The notes under the pieces were generated by a model. That model did no database searches and was not told the DNA's origin. It saw only the letters and a program-made list of their open reading frames with translations. DNA of 64,000 bases from Gracilinanus agilis (lineage: Eukaryota): the NCBI RefSeq assembly GCF_016433145.1, contig NC_058130.1, positions 127,906,922-127,970,921 on the forward strand, read 5' to 3'. Every line of letters begins with the position of its first letter. The stretch's first letter is position 1. Both the position numbers and the translations under genes were made by a program. This document shows, in pieces, positions 36,501-51,500 of the stretch.

Positions 36501-39500
36501 GAGAGAGAGAGGATCTAAGAGAAAATGTGTTGATCAAATTGACAAGACTTGACAAAAGATTAGATATAGGGGCAGTCAGGGACAGGGAGTGATAATAAAG
36601 AGTCAAAGATGACTCTGAATTTGTGAATCTGGGTGACCAGAAGGATGGTGGTACCCTTGAGAAAATAGGGATGTTGGGGGAAATGGCCAGCCTTGGGGTA
36701 AAGAAAAATTCTGTTTTGGATATGTTGAGTTTAAGATCACTTTGAAATAGTTGAAAGTGTCCAGTACACATTAGTAATAAAGGATTAGTGCCCAAGAGAA
36801 AGAGTAGGAATATATATATACATACACACACACATATATATATAGATATAGATATAGTAATCATCTCCATAGAGATAACTGAACCTTTGAATCCCTAAAG
36901 AATAGAATAATTGTCCTTGGTTGGTTCTTTAAAAAAAATCTTTACCTTCTGACTTGGAATTAATACTAAGTATTGGGTCCAAGACAGAAGAGTGGTAAGG
37001 ACTAGGCAAGTGGGGTTAAGTGACTTGCCCAGGGTCACATAGCTAGGAAGTACTGAGGCCATATTTGAACCTAGACCTGGCTCTCTATCCACTGAGTTAC
37101 CTAACTGTTCCTTGATTGCTTTTTAAAAAGACATATATATTTGTGGATATTAACCATGTTTGGGGGAAGGAAAGGTGTATGTGTTGAAATGCTGTTGGGC
37201 CTTAAGGGTTATTATCCTCTTAGGTATCTCCAGCTTAACTATTTAGTCCACAGTTGAGGCCAGAGCATCCTTTGGGCTCATGTAAATACTAAAAATAAAA
37301 ACAAAAGAACCCATAACACCAATGTATTCAAGAAATTTGAACTCCTGGGGTTCTGTGTATCTGTAAGGAACAAGGATTTATAAGACAAACAAAAGCAATT
37401 AACTAGAGTAGAAAGCCCAAGGTGTGCTATAAGAAAACCAGGATGTGAATACTGCTTCTCCTCTTTATCGGGGTATGATCTTCAACAAGCCCTTCCTCTG
37501 AGTTTCTGTTTCTTCCTCTGTAAAAATAAAAGAGTTGGAGCAGATTAGGAGTTCTTATCATTTTAAAAGTCATGTCTGAAGTCTATGAATACCCTCTCAG
37601 AATAATCTTTTTTTTTAATTGAAGGAAATGCTAAATTTCAGTTAGAAATTAATGAAAACAAAATACAATTTTTCCTATCCAAGTCCATGGACTCCATGAA
37701 ATATCCACAGTACAGTCTAAAGCTGTGGATCTTAAGTGAAGGGCTCCTAGGCTAAAAGGTCTACCAGGTCACTTGTAGTTCTAACATTTTATGATATTCT
37801 AGGAAAAGAATATGGTTTTCTGGGATTTTGGTTTTGTCCACTGGGAGAAAAAAAGAGTTCCATTAAAAGACAACTGCTTCCAAACTCTTAGTCAACCCAG
37901 AAGAGAAGCAGTTTTGACACTCCCTAGTTGTGTGGCCAAATCACTTAACCTTTTTTAATCTCAATTTTCTCATCTGAACAATAAGTATAATTTAACAGTA
38001 CTATCATAATAATATAACAATAAGTATAATATGCAATACCTGCCTCACAGAATTATGGGAAAAGCACATAGTATTGTTAAAGCACTTAAAACACTATAGA
38101 AATGTGAGTTGTTACTCCTTCCACCAAAATAATTGTCTGATGATTCTTTGTGGTTGGAGAGGTGACCCTGAATTTCAGAGGCTATGCCAGTGCATGACAG
38201 GCAGGTCCTACAAAGGTAGAAATTCTTCTGAAACAAGCTTGCTGACCAACCATGTATATTGTTGTCCAAGAACCAGCCTAGTGAAGTTTGGAGAGACTCC
38301 TCACAAGATTGACCACATGGTGATAACATTTGGAGCACAGAAGCCTTTGAAAAGTAGCCACAAAGGCATAAAGGCAATCTCTGTTGATGGAGGGAGCGAA
38401 ACCCCTACTAATGACATAATAACTCCATGAAATACTGAAATGTTGTGATGAACAACAAAAATATTTCATCTATTGTAGGCACAGAGAAACCAAATTATGG
38501 TCCATCCCTTTTTTTTTTTTTTAAACCCTTACCTTCTGTCTTAGAGTCAATACTGTGTATTGGCTTCAAGGCAAAAGAATGATAATGGCTAGGCAATGGG
38601 GGCTAAGTGACTTGCCCAGGGTCACACACAGCTAGGAAGTTTCTGAGGTCAGATATGAACCCAGGACCTCCCATCTCTAGGCCTGGCTCTCAATCCACCG
38701 AGCCACCCAGCTGCCCCCATGGTCCATTCTTAGGATACAACATAAGCTTTTAGAGGAAGTGTACGTGCATATACATGTGTGTAAATATGTGTGTATCTAG
38801 TTCACTGTGCACACAGGCTATTCTAATTAAAACATGGCAGCAACAACACTGGTGATATTACAAATGTGCAACTCCCCTAGGCCTGAGGGGAGAATTGTGG
38901 GAAAAGAGCCCATTGCCTGAGTATGAAGAGGGTGCCAGCAGAGCCGTGTTCCCAGTTCTTAGAAATTTTATATCTCCATCTGAAGTGCAGCATAAGATAA
39001 TTAAAGCAGATGTGAGCTGGCATTGCTCTGGGAAGCCTGAGACACATTTGTTTTGGGAATAAATGAGAAAAAAAAGTAATCCATCCTAACAGAAGTTGGG
39101 AGTGGCGGCCATAAGTTTCATCTTATATGGAAATATCATCATAAGATTTAAAACTGGGGGGAAAAAGACTTTAAAGATCTTCTAATCCCATCCCCTAATT
39201 TTGCAGATGAGGATACTAGGGCCAGAAAGGGGAAATTGTTTGACCAAGTAAATTGCAAAGCTGGGAATTGAATGAAAATCCTCTCATCTAAAAACTCGTG
39301 TTTTTTTCTACTTTGGACTATAATCATTGAGAAGTTACTGTCTCTTTCTGAGTTCTTTCCCCCTGTCCATTGATTCTTATATTTATACTTCAGTGGGTCA
39401 GTGATCACATATGTGAGAGTACTTCTGGTGGCACAAATCACAACTGACTCACACCTTCCTGTGTGACCACTGCTCACATTCTACCATAATCATCCCTGAA

Positions 39501-42500
39501 GAGTGTCGAGGGGTCTTATATAGAAGGTTTTTTTCTGATTCTAACAAGCCGATAGTCTGAATGCACTCAGCCATTTGATTCGCAAGTGATTCCCACATTG
39601 GTAACCAGCCATTTCTATTCTATTGAGATATTTTCAGGATTGTTTTTAGGTGAATTTGATGATTGCCATGCCCAATGCCTTCCATCTCTCTCTTCTTAAA
39701 GTTTTCATGGCATACAGGTATGAGGGTCCTGTGTTGTCTACAAGCCTCCCTCATTTCCTGATCCTGTTATATTTTCCAGTGTATTTTTCGCTACCCTTCA
39801 CTATAATCACCTTTACATTAAACTCAGTGAACATCAAGGTTTGGAAGCTCTTATCTAGTTATTCCTAGCATCTCTCTACTTCTTCATCTTCTGCAATACA
39901 TAAAGATGGGCACATAAGCTACAAATATCTTCAGGTTTTCTTTTTGTTAATGCTCATCATGGATTCTCCAAGATAAAGTGACCAATTATTATAACAAAAT
40001 TATTTCTTATTGCTCTTGGACCCATAATGAAACAATCTCCCCAGACTCCTATATTTGGCTAAGAACCTGTGGGCATTGTATCTACTTAGCCTCAACTGAT
40101 TTAGACTTCTAGTTTCCTTTATAATGAGAATATCGATATCAATGTGGTTCATTTCCATACATCAGCTTTGTCATCATTCTCACCTTGAGAATTCCACAGT
40201 TAAATTAATTTGTAGATTTCCATATGCAAAGAATTAGTCATCTGATGGACAACCTACTGGTGATGCAATTCTCTATACTTGACTAAGCTTTTACTATTAT
40301 AATCAATCAGCAGGTATTTATTAGTCACCTATTAAGTTCCAGACATTGAACTAGGCACTTGGGGTACAAATTCAGGAAGTAATTTCTGCTCTCAAAGAGC
40401 TTCCCTTCTGACAGATGAAACAATCTGCTCATGTACAAATACATATAAATATATACAGCTTCAATGACCTGTCCACAGACACTATGGCTACTCTTTAAGA
40501 AAGTAGAGACTCTTGGGTATCTTACAATGAACTGTGATGGCTGAAGGAGTTTCTACTATTAGACAACTAAGTTTGAACTGCCATTTTCCTGAGGAAGAAG
40601 ACTGATAGTTAACTTTCATTTGTGAGAAAATTGAGTGTTAACTGTCGTCATGTGAAAAACTGAGTCTAAGAGTGTTAACTATCATCTTTAGAGAGATCTA
40701 GATGGAGGGAATTAACTGCCACCTGGAGAAGCCAGATCATGAAGGTTTTTAAAAGCCAAAGGAATTATCTGTGATCATAAAAGTAATAGGGTACCACTGG
40801 AATTTGTTGACTAGGGGAATGACTTTATAAAAATCACTTTAACAGCTGTAGGGAGAGACTTGAGGCAGAGACATCAATTAGATTATTGTAATAGTCTATG
40901 AGAAGTGATAAAGGCTTGAGGTAGTGTGATAGAGAAAATGTGAGTAGAGAAAAGGGAAGCTATGAAATAATTATGATGTAAATCTATTTTTAAGATTTTT
41001 AATAAAGGGAATTTTTGTAATATTCTTGGGTTATATACACTCAATTAAAAAAAAATTTAACCTTTACCTTCTGTCTTAGAACCAATACTATATTGGTTCT
41101 AAGATAGAAGAGTAGTAAGGGCTAGACAATCGGGGTTAAGTGACTTGCCCAGGGTAATACAGCTAGAAAGTATCTGAAGCCAGATTTGAACCTCCTGTCT
41201 CCAGGCCTGGCTCTCTATCTACTGATCCACCTAGTTATCACTCTATTGTCTATTATTATTGCCTGGTGAATTCCTACCTTTCTTTTAAAACCCAATTCAA
41301 TATATTACAATATGCTATTATTTATGATATAATATATATTTATCAGACCTGTCACTTCGTTACTGCAGGAAATGGGATACTCCCAATATAAAAATTGCTT
41401 CCACCAACATCACTTATTTGTAAATCATAGTCTTAGAGTATTGCCTTACAGCATTAGAAGATTAAGTGATTTGTCCTTGGTTACAAGCTAATAATGTGTG
41501 TCAAAGAAAAGACTTGAACCTACATCTTTCCAACTCTTAATTATGGTGTCATTCATTATTCTATGTTGCTTCATGATGTTTAATTACATTTGTCAGTACA
41601 AACAAGGGTGGTCATGATATGTGGGCAACTGCCTACCTGGTATGATCTACTCAGTAAATAGAACTAGGAAACTTTCCAGCCCTAAGAGTCTTTCCCCACT
41701 GTCCTACTAAGACATGTCCTCCTCCATTTTATTTAATTTTTTTCTCTAGTTTCCAGAAACCCTTAATTTTTCAGCCATAGTAGATATCACTGATCCAGCC
41801 TCCCAAGAAGTCTCATGTACTCTTGACCTTCAGAGCACCAAAGACATAGACTAACCCTGTGATCTACCTGATAAAAGGTCATTTTTTTGTCCATATGACC
41901 CAACGTTTTATCAGGTTCCTTCAAAGACATTTAGAAGTCACATTCTAAATTCTGTAGACAGACTGCTATCCTATCCTATCCCTCTGGACTTTCAGAGAGG
42001 ATTAGCATATACCCTGGCTCTCAACCCCAAAAATTATACTCTCTGTTACTCATTCTAGGTACCAGCAGAGTTTCTATGGGGTCAATCTTTCCAGCCTCCG
42101 TGGTGCGGCCGTGGATGAATACTTCAGACAGCCAATTGTAGTAAGTGTACTCTCTCTTTCTGGGGCTTGGCATCCTTACCAGAACAACTTTTGGAGATGG
42201 AAATGGCTGCAGGAAAACCATGTTTCCATATGTTTTAGCTCTTTTTTTTTCCTAGTTATTCAAGATTACTGGCTTATCTTGATTAGTCCTTCATGTGCTC
42301 TTTCTTAGACAACTCCTATAAAAAGAGACATATTCAAGGACATTAATAATAGCTCAGAGGCTATCTCAAAAGTTTATCACCATATAATTTGGTCTTCATG
42401 GTCAGCGTCACTACAGTACACTGGGGCCATCCATGTAGCTTCAAGGAAGATGGTATTGGTTGAGACAAGACATCCTTTCTTTCCTCTTGAGGAGTCCTAG

Positions 42501-45500
42501 GCTTATAGTTACATTTCTAAGAAAGCACCTTTGTTCACTGTTCCCTATATCGGAAATAGCTTTTCTTCCTTTCTTTGCCTACCTTTTTCTTTTTAAACCC
42601 AATTCAAATATCACCGCCTCCAGAAAACCATTTCTTATTTCTCCACTCTTCTCAGTAGTGACCTTTGCCCTCAAGATCTCACATAACAATCTGTTTTGCA
42701 ACTTTCTAATACATTTTGCTATCTTATTATATAACTCCTTTATTTTTGAATATGTCATAAGTCACAAGATTTGCAAGTAAAAGATACATTAGAGATGGTT
42801 TAGCTCAACTACATAATTTTTTAATGTCTTATATCTTATTTTTGCAGTAGAGTTATTTCTGAAAATATTCCATCCTTCCCCAGTTCTGTCCTCTTTAAAT
42901 TGAACTTTCCTTTGTAACAAAGAAGAAAACAACCAAGCCAAAGACAATGCCCATGTATACAACATTCTGCCCTAATAATTCCCCTCCTCTCTTCTAAGAA
43001 GAGAGTAGAATGCTTCTTTATTGGCTCTCTGAGACTCTCATTCCAACACCAAAATTGTACCAATGGGGACACTAAGCCTCAGAAAAAAGTGATTTACTCA
43101 GAGTCTCACAGATAATAAATAGCACTTCTGGGATTGGAGCAATGATCTATTTCTCCAAATCATTATTGAACCATGGCATATACTAGACTGTAATCTCTAA
43201 GACATAAGGATCTAAATATATCTTCTTTAATCTTATACCTTCCTTTACAAACTACCACAATACTCAACAAAAAATTTTACTTTGATTTGCAGTGAGGTCA
43301 AGTATTAGGTTGGTGAGAAGACTAGTCCATAGAGAAGAAGTAGGACTGACATTTATTCATTCATCAAACAAGTATTTATTAAGAGCCTATACTATATTCT
43401 TGGCAAGAGTAGGAAGGATAGAATGAGTTGGGAGGTTATAGAAAGTGGAGGCCAGAAGAATGGTTAAAAGGCTATTACATTCATCTAGTCCAATGAGGAA
43501 CTTAAAATTCATATTGCTATAAATTGAGAAGAGAGAGAGAGGGAGCAGCTGGGTAGCTCAGTGGATTGAGAGCCAGGCCTAGAGATGGGCAAATCTGGCC
43601 TCAGACACTTCCTAGCTGTGTGACCCTGGGCAAGTCACTTAACCCTCATTGCCTAGCCCTTACCACTCTTCTAACTTGGAACCAATACATAGTATTGATT
43701 CTAAGATGGAAGGTAAAGGTTTAAAAAATAAAATAAAATAAAATAAATTGAGAAGAGAGAAGAGAGAAGGTACTAAGGAAGTTGTGCCATCCAGACTAGG
43801 TAAAGATTTTTAAAAGGTTTATGAGTGAAGATGAGGAGAGGGATGGGACAAGCACAGAATGGGAAAGAAAGGTTTTACAAATGAGGAAACCTAAGAATAT
43901 TTATTACAAAGAAGAGGAATATTGTTTGAAAAGTTCAAAAATGTTGAAGATTTTTTTAACAGTAGAGCAGGTCTCCTCTAGAGACATCTGTTCCCTAAAC
44001 TTTTGCCACTCCCCAACAAGTTGTATGGAAACCTAGAACCCAGAGCCCCAGGCCCGTTCCTTCAATCAAATTGCTGAAGGACATTTGAGGAGAAACATTT
44101 GGGGAAGTGTATCCCTCTCAAAATACCACCATCACAAACTCTGAGACAAGTGAATCTTGTGACTCCTTTATTGGTAAAGTTCTTCCAGGACAAACTATCT
44201 CCTTTAAGATTCACTTCCCAATTCTAGTAATTTTTCATTTTATCTTTGTAACCCAAGAATTCAGCACAGTGCCTAAGAAATGATTATTGAATTGGACTGG
44301 ATCCAATAGTCAATACTCACCCCAGTGCCAAATATCAATAATTTCTTATATCAGTCAGTCCAGAAGTGACCATTTCATATCACCAGCATCAAAGAAATTC
44401 CTGATATTTCTCAAGATAAGCCCCAATTAGCTGGTTCCAGCAGCCATAGATTTGCCTTATAGTTAATCACTTTTGCTCTGCCATACACTTGCTCTCTTGT
44501 TCTCAGTCTTTCTACTATCTGGAATTGCCTAGTAGTCATACCTTATTTCCTTCTTACTGTACGGAGACCCAGAGTATTTCTTTAAAGGCATCAGAAAGGG
44601 ATTTCTGCTGCTAACAGTTCAGGTTTTGTGCCCTTCCATATCTCCTTTGATTTCTTCTCCTTTATCAATAATTCAGTCAGCAAGAATTAATTTAACATCT
44701 AATGTGTATGCCAAGTAGGCACACTGTACTTGGTAGTAAGAATACAAATATGATTAAAGAGACACTCCTGACTCCCTTTTGGTATTCTTTCCCTTGTCCC
44801 ACCACACCCTTTCTCAGCCCAGCCAGCTCATGTTGCCCAGGGCTTCCAAATATGATGGTACACCCCAGACCTCATTCTGGGCAGAATTCCCTGATCTGAC
44901 CCCTTCTCAAACCATCTCCCTAACCCACAATTAAAATTTAACCTGTTCTATGCCTTATTCCTTCAGGAAAGAGCCTTCTTTTTTTCTAGGGAATTAATGT
45001 AATCCATGTTAAAATATTAATAGCTAATAATGGGTATTGATGGATTTTATTATTATTTCTCATGCAACATTGTTTTAAAATCCTTTATAATTCTAAGAAA
45101 TCCTTATTGTTTATTTAACCCAGGCCTTCTGGAAATATGTCTTAGATAAATTCAACAAGAAATTTTTAAGCATGAGATACTAAGGCAAAGTGAGGTGACT
45201 GTGAGGGAGTGGAAGAGAAGGATTTTTTTCAGTGCTTCCAAAACCCTAGTACACAGACAGCCATCTATTTCATCTATTTCACCTGAATGGTGTTTACCGG
45301 AGTCACTGGTCACCCAGGAAAAACTGATTAGATTGGAAACTAAACCACAGTCCAACCAGCATAAATGGCAAAATGCCGGTTCTGTGATCCAAGTCAATTC
45401 AGCAAGCATTTATTAAGCATACCCTTGGTACAAGAGTAGAGAAATGAAATGAAACCATCTCAACCCTCTAGGAACTTAGATTATATTGAAGTAGAAATGG

Positions 45501-48500
45501 CAGCCACAAGCTTGAATTACTAGTTCAAACCACTAGACTTTTTAGTTTTTTATTGAAAAAGGAAAGGAAACTCTTTCAGATCTTTGTTCTGGACTTAAAA
45601 TGACTTTAAAATGTCTCTCACATTTTGCTAAACACAAAACAAGACCCATTGGACTTCTCTGATCAATTCCTTTGTCTCATTAAAGTACTCACACAACACT
45701 TAACAATTCCAATCTGTTTTCCTTGGCTTTGGTGATACCAATGCCAGTTAAGAAAACTGAGGAAACAGAAAATTCTGTGGGGCAATTTATAACTGCCTTT
45801 GTCTGCCACCACATACACAACAGAAGAACTGCTTGTTTGGGGAGAAATTTTATTTAGGAAAAACAGGATAACTAAGATGATGAGTTTATCTTCCTTCTCC
45901 TATAGAATATGAAAAGATAGGTCTGGGGAAATTCTTGGGTTTGCTGTGACATAGTATGAAGTAGATAGAGTACCAGTCCAAGAGTCAGGTCATATTCCTG
46001 AGTTCAAATCCAGCCCCAGCCATTTATTAACCATATGTAACCATGGGCAAGTCACTAGACCCTGTTTCCCTCAATTTCCTTATCTGTAAAATGAGCTGGA
46101 GAAGTAAATAGCAAACTATTTCAGTATCTTTGCCAAGAAATCTCAGATGGGTTTGCCAAGAGTCAGACATGACTGAAATAATTGAACAATAGCAAATATG
46201 AAGGAAAAGTCAGAAAAAAAAAGAAGAGCTTAGTCTTATTATTGTTTAATACTATTGCTATTATTGGTGATTGCTCACATCTATATAACACTGATATTTA
46301 CAAAGGATTTTTCATAACCATCTTGTAAAGTATATATATCCTTATTTTGCAGTTAAGGAAACTGAGACTTGAGTTATTACTTTCCCATCATTAATGTCTT
46401 TTAAATTCTACCTCCAAAATATTTTCATAGCTATCTTTTTTCCTAACATGATTGGTTCTCTTGTATAAACTCTTTTCACCTTATTCCTCCAATTCAATTT
46501 CTGAATTGATTTCATTTTCTACCCCTTCTCCTACTCTCTCTTCCAGCCAAACTAGCCCAGTTGCTGTTCTTCAAATATAACATTCCATTTCTTGCCTCCA
46601 CAAGTTTGCACAGGTTGACCCTTATGCCAGCAATGCTATCTTTCCCTCATCACTTCCACCTCTTTTAATCACTTAGCATCCTTTCAAGGCTCAGCTCAAA
46701 TGCCATGCCCTACACAGGCCTCCCAAATTGTTAGTGTACCCCCCCATGAAATTACTTCGTATTGCCTTTGTATGTATTTGGTATTTACTTAATCTGTATG
46801 CATGTCGCTTCTGCCAGTTAAAATAAAAACTCCTTCAAGGATTAGGGTGTTTTATTTTGTCCTTTAATCCCTAATAACTAGCACAGAAACTGGCATGCAG
46901 TAGGCACTTAGTAAATACTGAATTAAATTAACAAATACCCCCCAAAAATGTGTCTGTTTCAAGGAGAAACTGGGGAACTATACAGTTCTACAAAGGCAAT
47001 CCATTCCATTCCCTTCCTCCTGTTTAATTCTAGGCCTAGTTCATTGTCTGCTTACTGTATTGTATAATTACAGATATATTGAAGATATAACTACTGATGG
47101 ATGAGCTCAGTGGCCTATCTGAATTTAGCTGGTACAGTTCTTGGAAAACAGACAAAAAAACTTGCTGGAAGTATATGCAAAGCTTTTCCAAAATGGTACA
47201 ACCTACTAGAATTTGTTTTCTTCTGGCACAGCCTTCAGAAATTCAAAGTTGCCTCCCCAACAACACAAGTCATTAGAATAGGATTTTATAGAGGTCCGAT
47301 TCATTATCATGCCTTATTAACTATATCTATTCATTCATCAAATCCCCTTTCTGGAATACATGTTCCAAGAAATCAGGCACCATATTTTATTTGGACTTTC
47401 TATCTTCCCTAGCATCTTACACAAAGTGGGCATTTAATAAATGTTTTTTGAATGAATAAATGAATGGATAAAATTGTCCCTCCCATATTGGGTTTAACTT
47501 AAGAACTTGACATTGGATCTAGAATTGATGCTTCATAATTCCATGATGCGCAGAACTTTTTGGATAAACACCAATATAAACACCAGCATAATTTATCTTG
47601 TCTAGTTTATCTTGACAAAATATAAACATCCACGATTATTTTCCACAGGATACATTTGACATTAGGATTTTGATGGCTCAGACAATTAAATATACTGTCA
47701 ATTTCATTGAAGCCAAAGAGGAAGACTTGCACAGGTTGGTGTGAATCATTATTGCTTCTGTTCTTTCGTAATTTTAATCTCACTCCAACCCCATCATTCC
47801 CCCAAAAAAACTCAATGTTGGATTTTACTACATAGTCCATGAAAAGATTAGGTTGGGGTCATGCATATGTAAAGTTATCTTTCTCTGGAGAAACTTTTGA
47901 GGGTTGAGCACTGGTTTGGTTCTATCTTACTAGAAAGTGATATGTTTCCCATGGGATCCCTTATAATTGTTTTACTTCTTTCTCCCCAGGCAGACCAATA
48001 TTTTTATGCAATTGTTTTTAGAGAGGAAGTTCAGGCACAGAAATATTGCTTTCTTCCCAGGGATACACAAGGAGCAAGAGATTGAAACTCCACAGTGTAC
48101 CAAGCTAAGACATGAAATCATAGGCTATAGAAATGGAAGGGACCCTGGAGATCATTTCCTATTCTTCTGTTTTGGGGAAACTGAGATGCCTAAAGTGAGA
48201 GAAGATCCCAACAGATTTCTATTTGCTTCGGAAGCCTTTGCTTCCCACAGAGCACCTCATGAAGACCAGGCAGCATCTCACATGAAATATCTATTAAACT
48301 AGTTAATAAACTGTCAAGTGCTATACACATATTAGGTATTTATAATTAGTATATCCAGCAGAAAGTAAAACAGTGAATTATTTAAGGCTAAAGTTTTAAC
48401 TCAAAAGTTGTTTTTATAGTTTAGATTATAAGAAGGTGAAATTAGCCTAATACAGCCTGATGCTTGGTAAAAGATACACTTTCTTTTGGGTGGAAAAAAA

Positions 48501-51500
48501 AAAGCAGGTTGAGAGTACACAGACCACCAGAATGAATCTGTAGTACAAAGATTCTTAACCAGAGATTCATGGATGGATTGCAGTAGGTGAATGAACCTGG
48601 ATCCAAACATAAGTATTTCAATATAATGTTTCTGTTGTACTTTTGTGTGTTTTATTTTATGCATTTGAATAGATTATCCTCAGAAAAGGGCAATGAGATT
48701 CACCAGGTGACCAACAGGTCCAAGACACAAAAAAGTTTGAGTACCCCTGCTCTAACAATTTTTGGGTCTCTAATCTATAGCCAGAACCAGGCCTGGGACT
48801 TTTGACTCCCAAAGCAAATCTTAACAATGAGTTGGGCTTTCTACTTGATAAAATAATAACTAATACTCTACATTTTCATTGGCACCTGACAGCTTACTAA
48901 TTGAATTGTAGACGTGTTATTTTTGTACTCACAACAGCCTTCAGAAATAGTCGGGGTAAGTTGGATCATATCCAGAGTGGTGTTTTTGGTTCTGGGCATC
49001 TCATTTTTGAAAGGATATTGAAAAACTGGAGTATGACTAGAAAAGGATGAGTAGAGGATTAAATGCTAGACAATATTGGTTAAAGAATTGAGACTGTTTA
49101 GCATGGAAAAGGAAAAGAACACTCAGGAGGGACATGATCAATTTTTCCTAGTACTTGAAGGGCTATCATGAAAGAATGAAGGGCTATCATGAAAGAAAGA
49201 AATTAAACCTGTTCTCCTTGGCCCCAGAAAGCAAAATTAGGAGAAATCAGTAACAGTGAGAGAAAGATTTGAGACAACAAAGTGGCTCAGTGATCAGAAC
49301 ACTGGAACTAGAGTCAGGAATACCTAAACTCAAATCTAGCTTCAGACACTTACTGGCTGATTGACCCTGGGCAAGTCACTTACCCTTTGCCTCAGTTTCA
49401 TGATCTTTAAAATGAGAATAATAAAAACACCTATCTCCCAAGGTGTTCTGAGGATCAAATAAAGTATTTATAAAGTGCTTTTCAAATGTCAAAGCACTAC
49501 ATAAATACTAGTTTTGTTGTTGTTATTATTCTTAACAATTCAAACTTTAAAAAAATAGACTTGGCTGTCATGAATCTGATTGGATTTCCCTTTACAAGAA
49601 GCCTTCAGTTGAAGTGGATGACCAACTTTCAAGGGAAGGAGAACTCTCTTGAGAATTGGTCTGAACTAGATAACCTTTGAGATTCTCTGGTTCTGTATTA
49701 TTATCCTCATTTTACACATGAGGAGATTGAGTTTAGAGGAATTGTGACCATGCTTTTAAATAGTGGAGTCAGTATCAGAATCTCATGTCTTCTGAGCCCG
49801 AGGCCTGCATGCTTTCCACTATCCAAAACTGTCTCATAAATCAAGACCATTTCTGCAAAACTCTTATGGAGATTCTCCAAGCAGTAAATCACCTTTCTGA
49901 ACAAAAGAAGATTAATGATGGCATTCTGATGCTGATGTTCCCTTCTTGGCCTTAGTTAGAGAACTGAGCAGGCTTCTCTCATCCATCTTATTGCTTTGGG
50001 AATACACCACCACTCTTGTTTTGGCCCTCAAAGGAATGGCTATCATTCTTCTTGACCACAGCGAAGGTAGATCTTCTTGATAATGACTTTACTCTCTACT
50101 CTCTGACTACAAAGATGTATGGAAAACTGGGGAAATTTCAGGGTTACTGTTTTGCATCATTGCAAAAACAAGAATAAGCTGGTCTGAGTTAAGCAGTTAA
50201 GATCAAAATTGTTCTAATTACCAAGATACTTTACTTGTATTTTGATAAGCTGAACCATATGGAGTAGATGGATGTCATTGTGAATGGAGGCTGCAGAACC
50301 ATAGTCGGTCACTGAGTCACCATCTCCTTTGAAACCAAGTCATTTCTGTCCCATATGGAGAAGGCATGAGTAAAGAAACAGCCACAGAGCAGGGGAAGAA
50401 GGATACAGGACTGGTAGTAATAGAAGCCTACTCTCATCAGACCTAGACTAAAAAGAGAACAGCATTCACAGTTAGAAGGGTAAAATTTTTCTTAATGTAC
50501 CAAAAAAAAAAAAAAAACCAGAAGGGAAGGAGGATAGGATAAGTGAGTAACTGGAGAGGAGTGTACAAATAAAGAGGAGAGAATGAGGTAAGAGGATAGG
50601 GAATGGCACTTAGGACAAGAGAGGGGAGAGATTTTTAGAATTGAACTCATATCAAGAAGTAGGAGGGCATGGCTTTGGGAAGAAGAAAGGAATTTTTTGA
50701 AAGGTGGATAGAATAAAAATTAAAAGGTAAGGGAGAAGAGACAAGGAAGGAACCTTTGGAAGGAAGGCCAATTTGGAACTAGGAAGGAAAAAGAAAAGGA
50801 TAAAGGAGAATTTGGGGGAAACAATGTGAATAGAAGAGTTATCAGTTAAAGAAAATTGGACATCTGAGGAGTAATACAGCAGAAAAAAAAAGGAAGAGGG
50901 GGAAAAACAGTAAGGAGGAATGGAGTAAATGGAAATGCACAGCTAGTAATTATGGCATTGAGTGTAATGGGATAAATTCACATATGTAAAGAAAATGAAT
51001 AGCAGAAAGGATAAAAAACCATGACCTGACAATATATTGTTTACAAGAAACTATACAAAAAATGAGAGACAAATATAGAGTGAAGGTGAAGGACTGCAGC
51101 AGAATATATTTTGCCTCAGTTGATCCAGAGATGCAGAGGTAGTAGTCATGATCTCTAACAGAGTTGGAGCTAAAATGGATATAATTGGAAGGGATGAACA
51201 GGATAACCATATTACATTTGGGAGAGATTAATTTGGATAATGAAGCATTATCAATGTTGGACCTGTATGCACCAAGTGTTATAGCACCTAGATTTTTAAA
51301 AGAAAAACTAAATGAGATGCAAATGGAAATAGATAACAAAATAATAAAAGTAGTGGACTTTAATTTTCTCCTCTCAGAACTGGATAAATCTAACCAAAAA
51401 ATAAATCAGAGCTGGATAAATCTAACCAAAAATTAAATAAGAGGTTAAGGAGATGAATAGAATCTTACATGAGTTGAATAAGATAGATATCCCCCACATA

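Noticed and set aside
50950-51436. 129-aa and 83-aa ORFs as host genes
   Set aside because: Degraded L1 endonuclease (sense and antisense) containing an about 32-bp tandem duplication.
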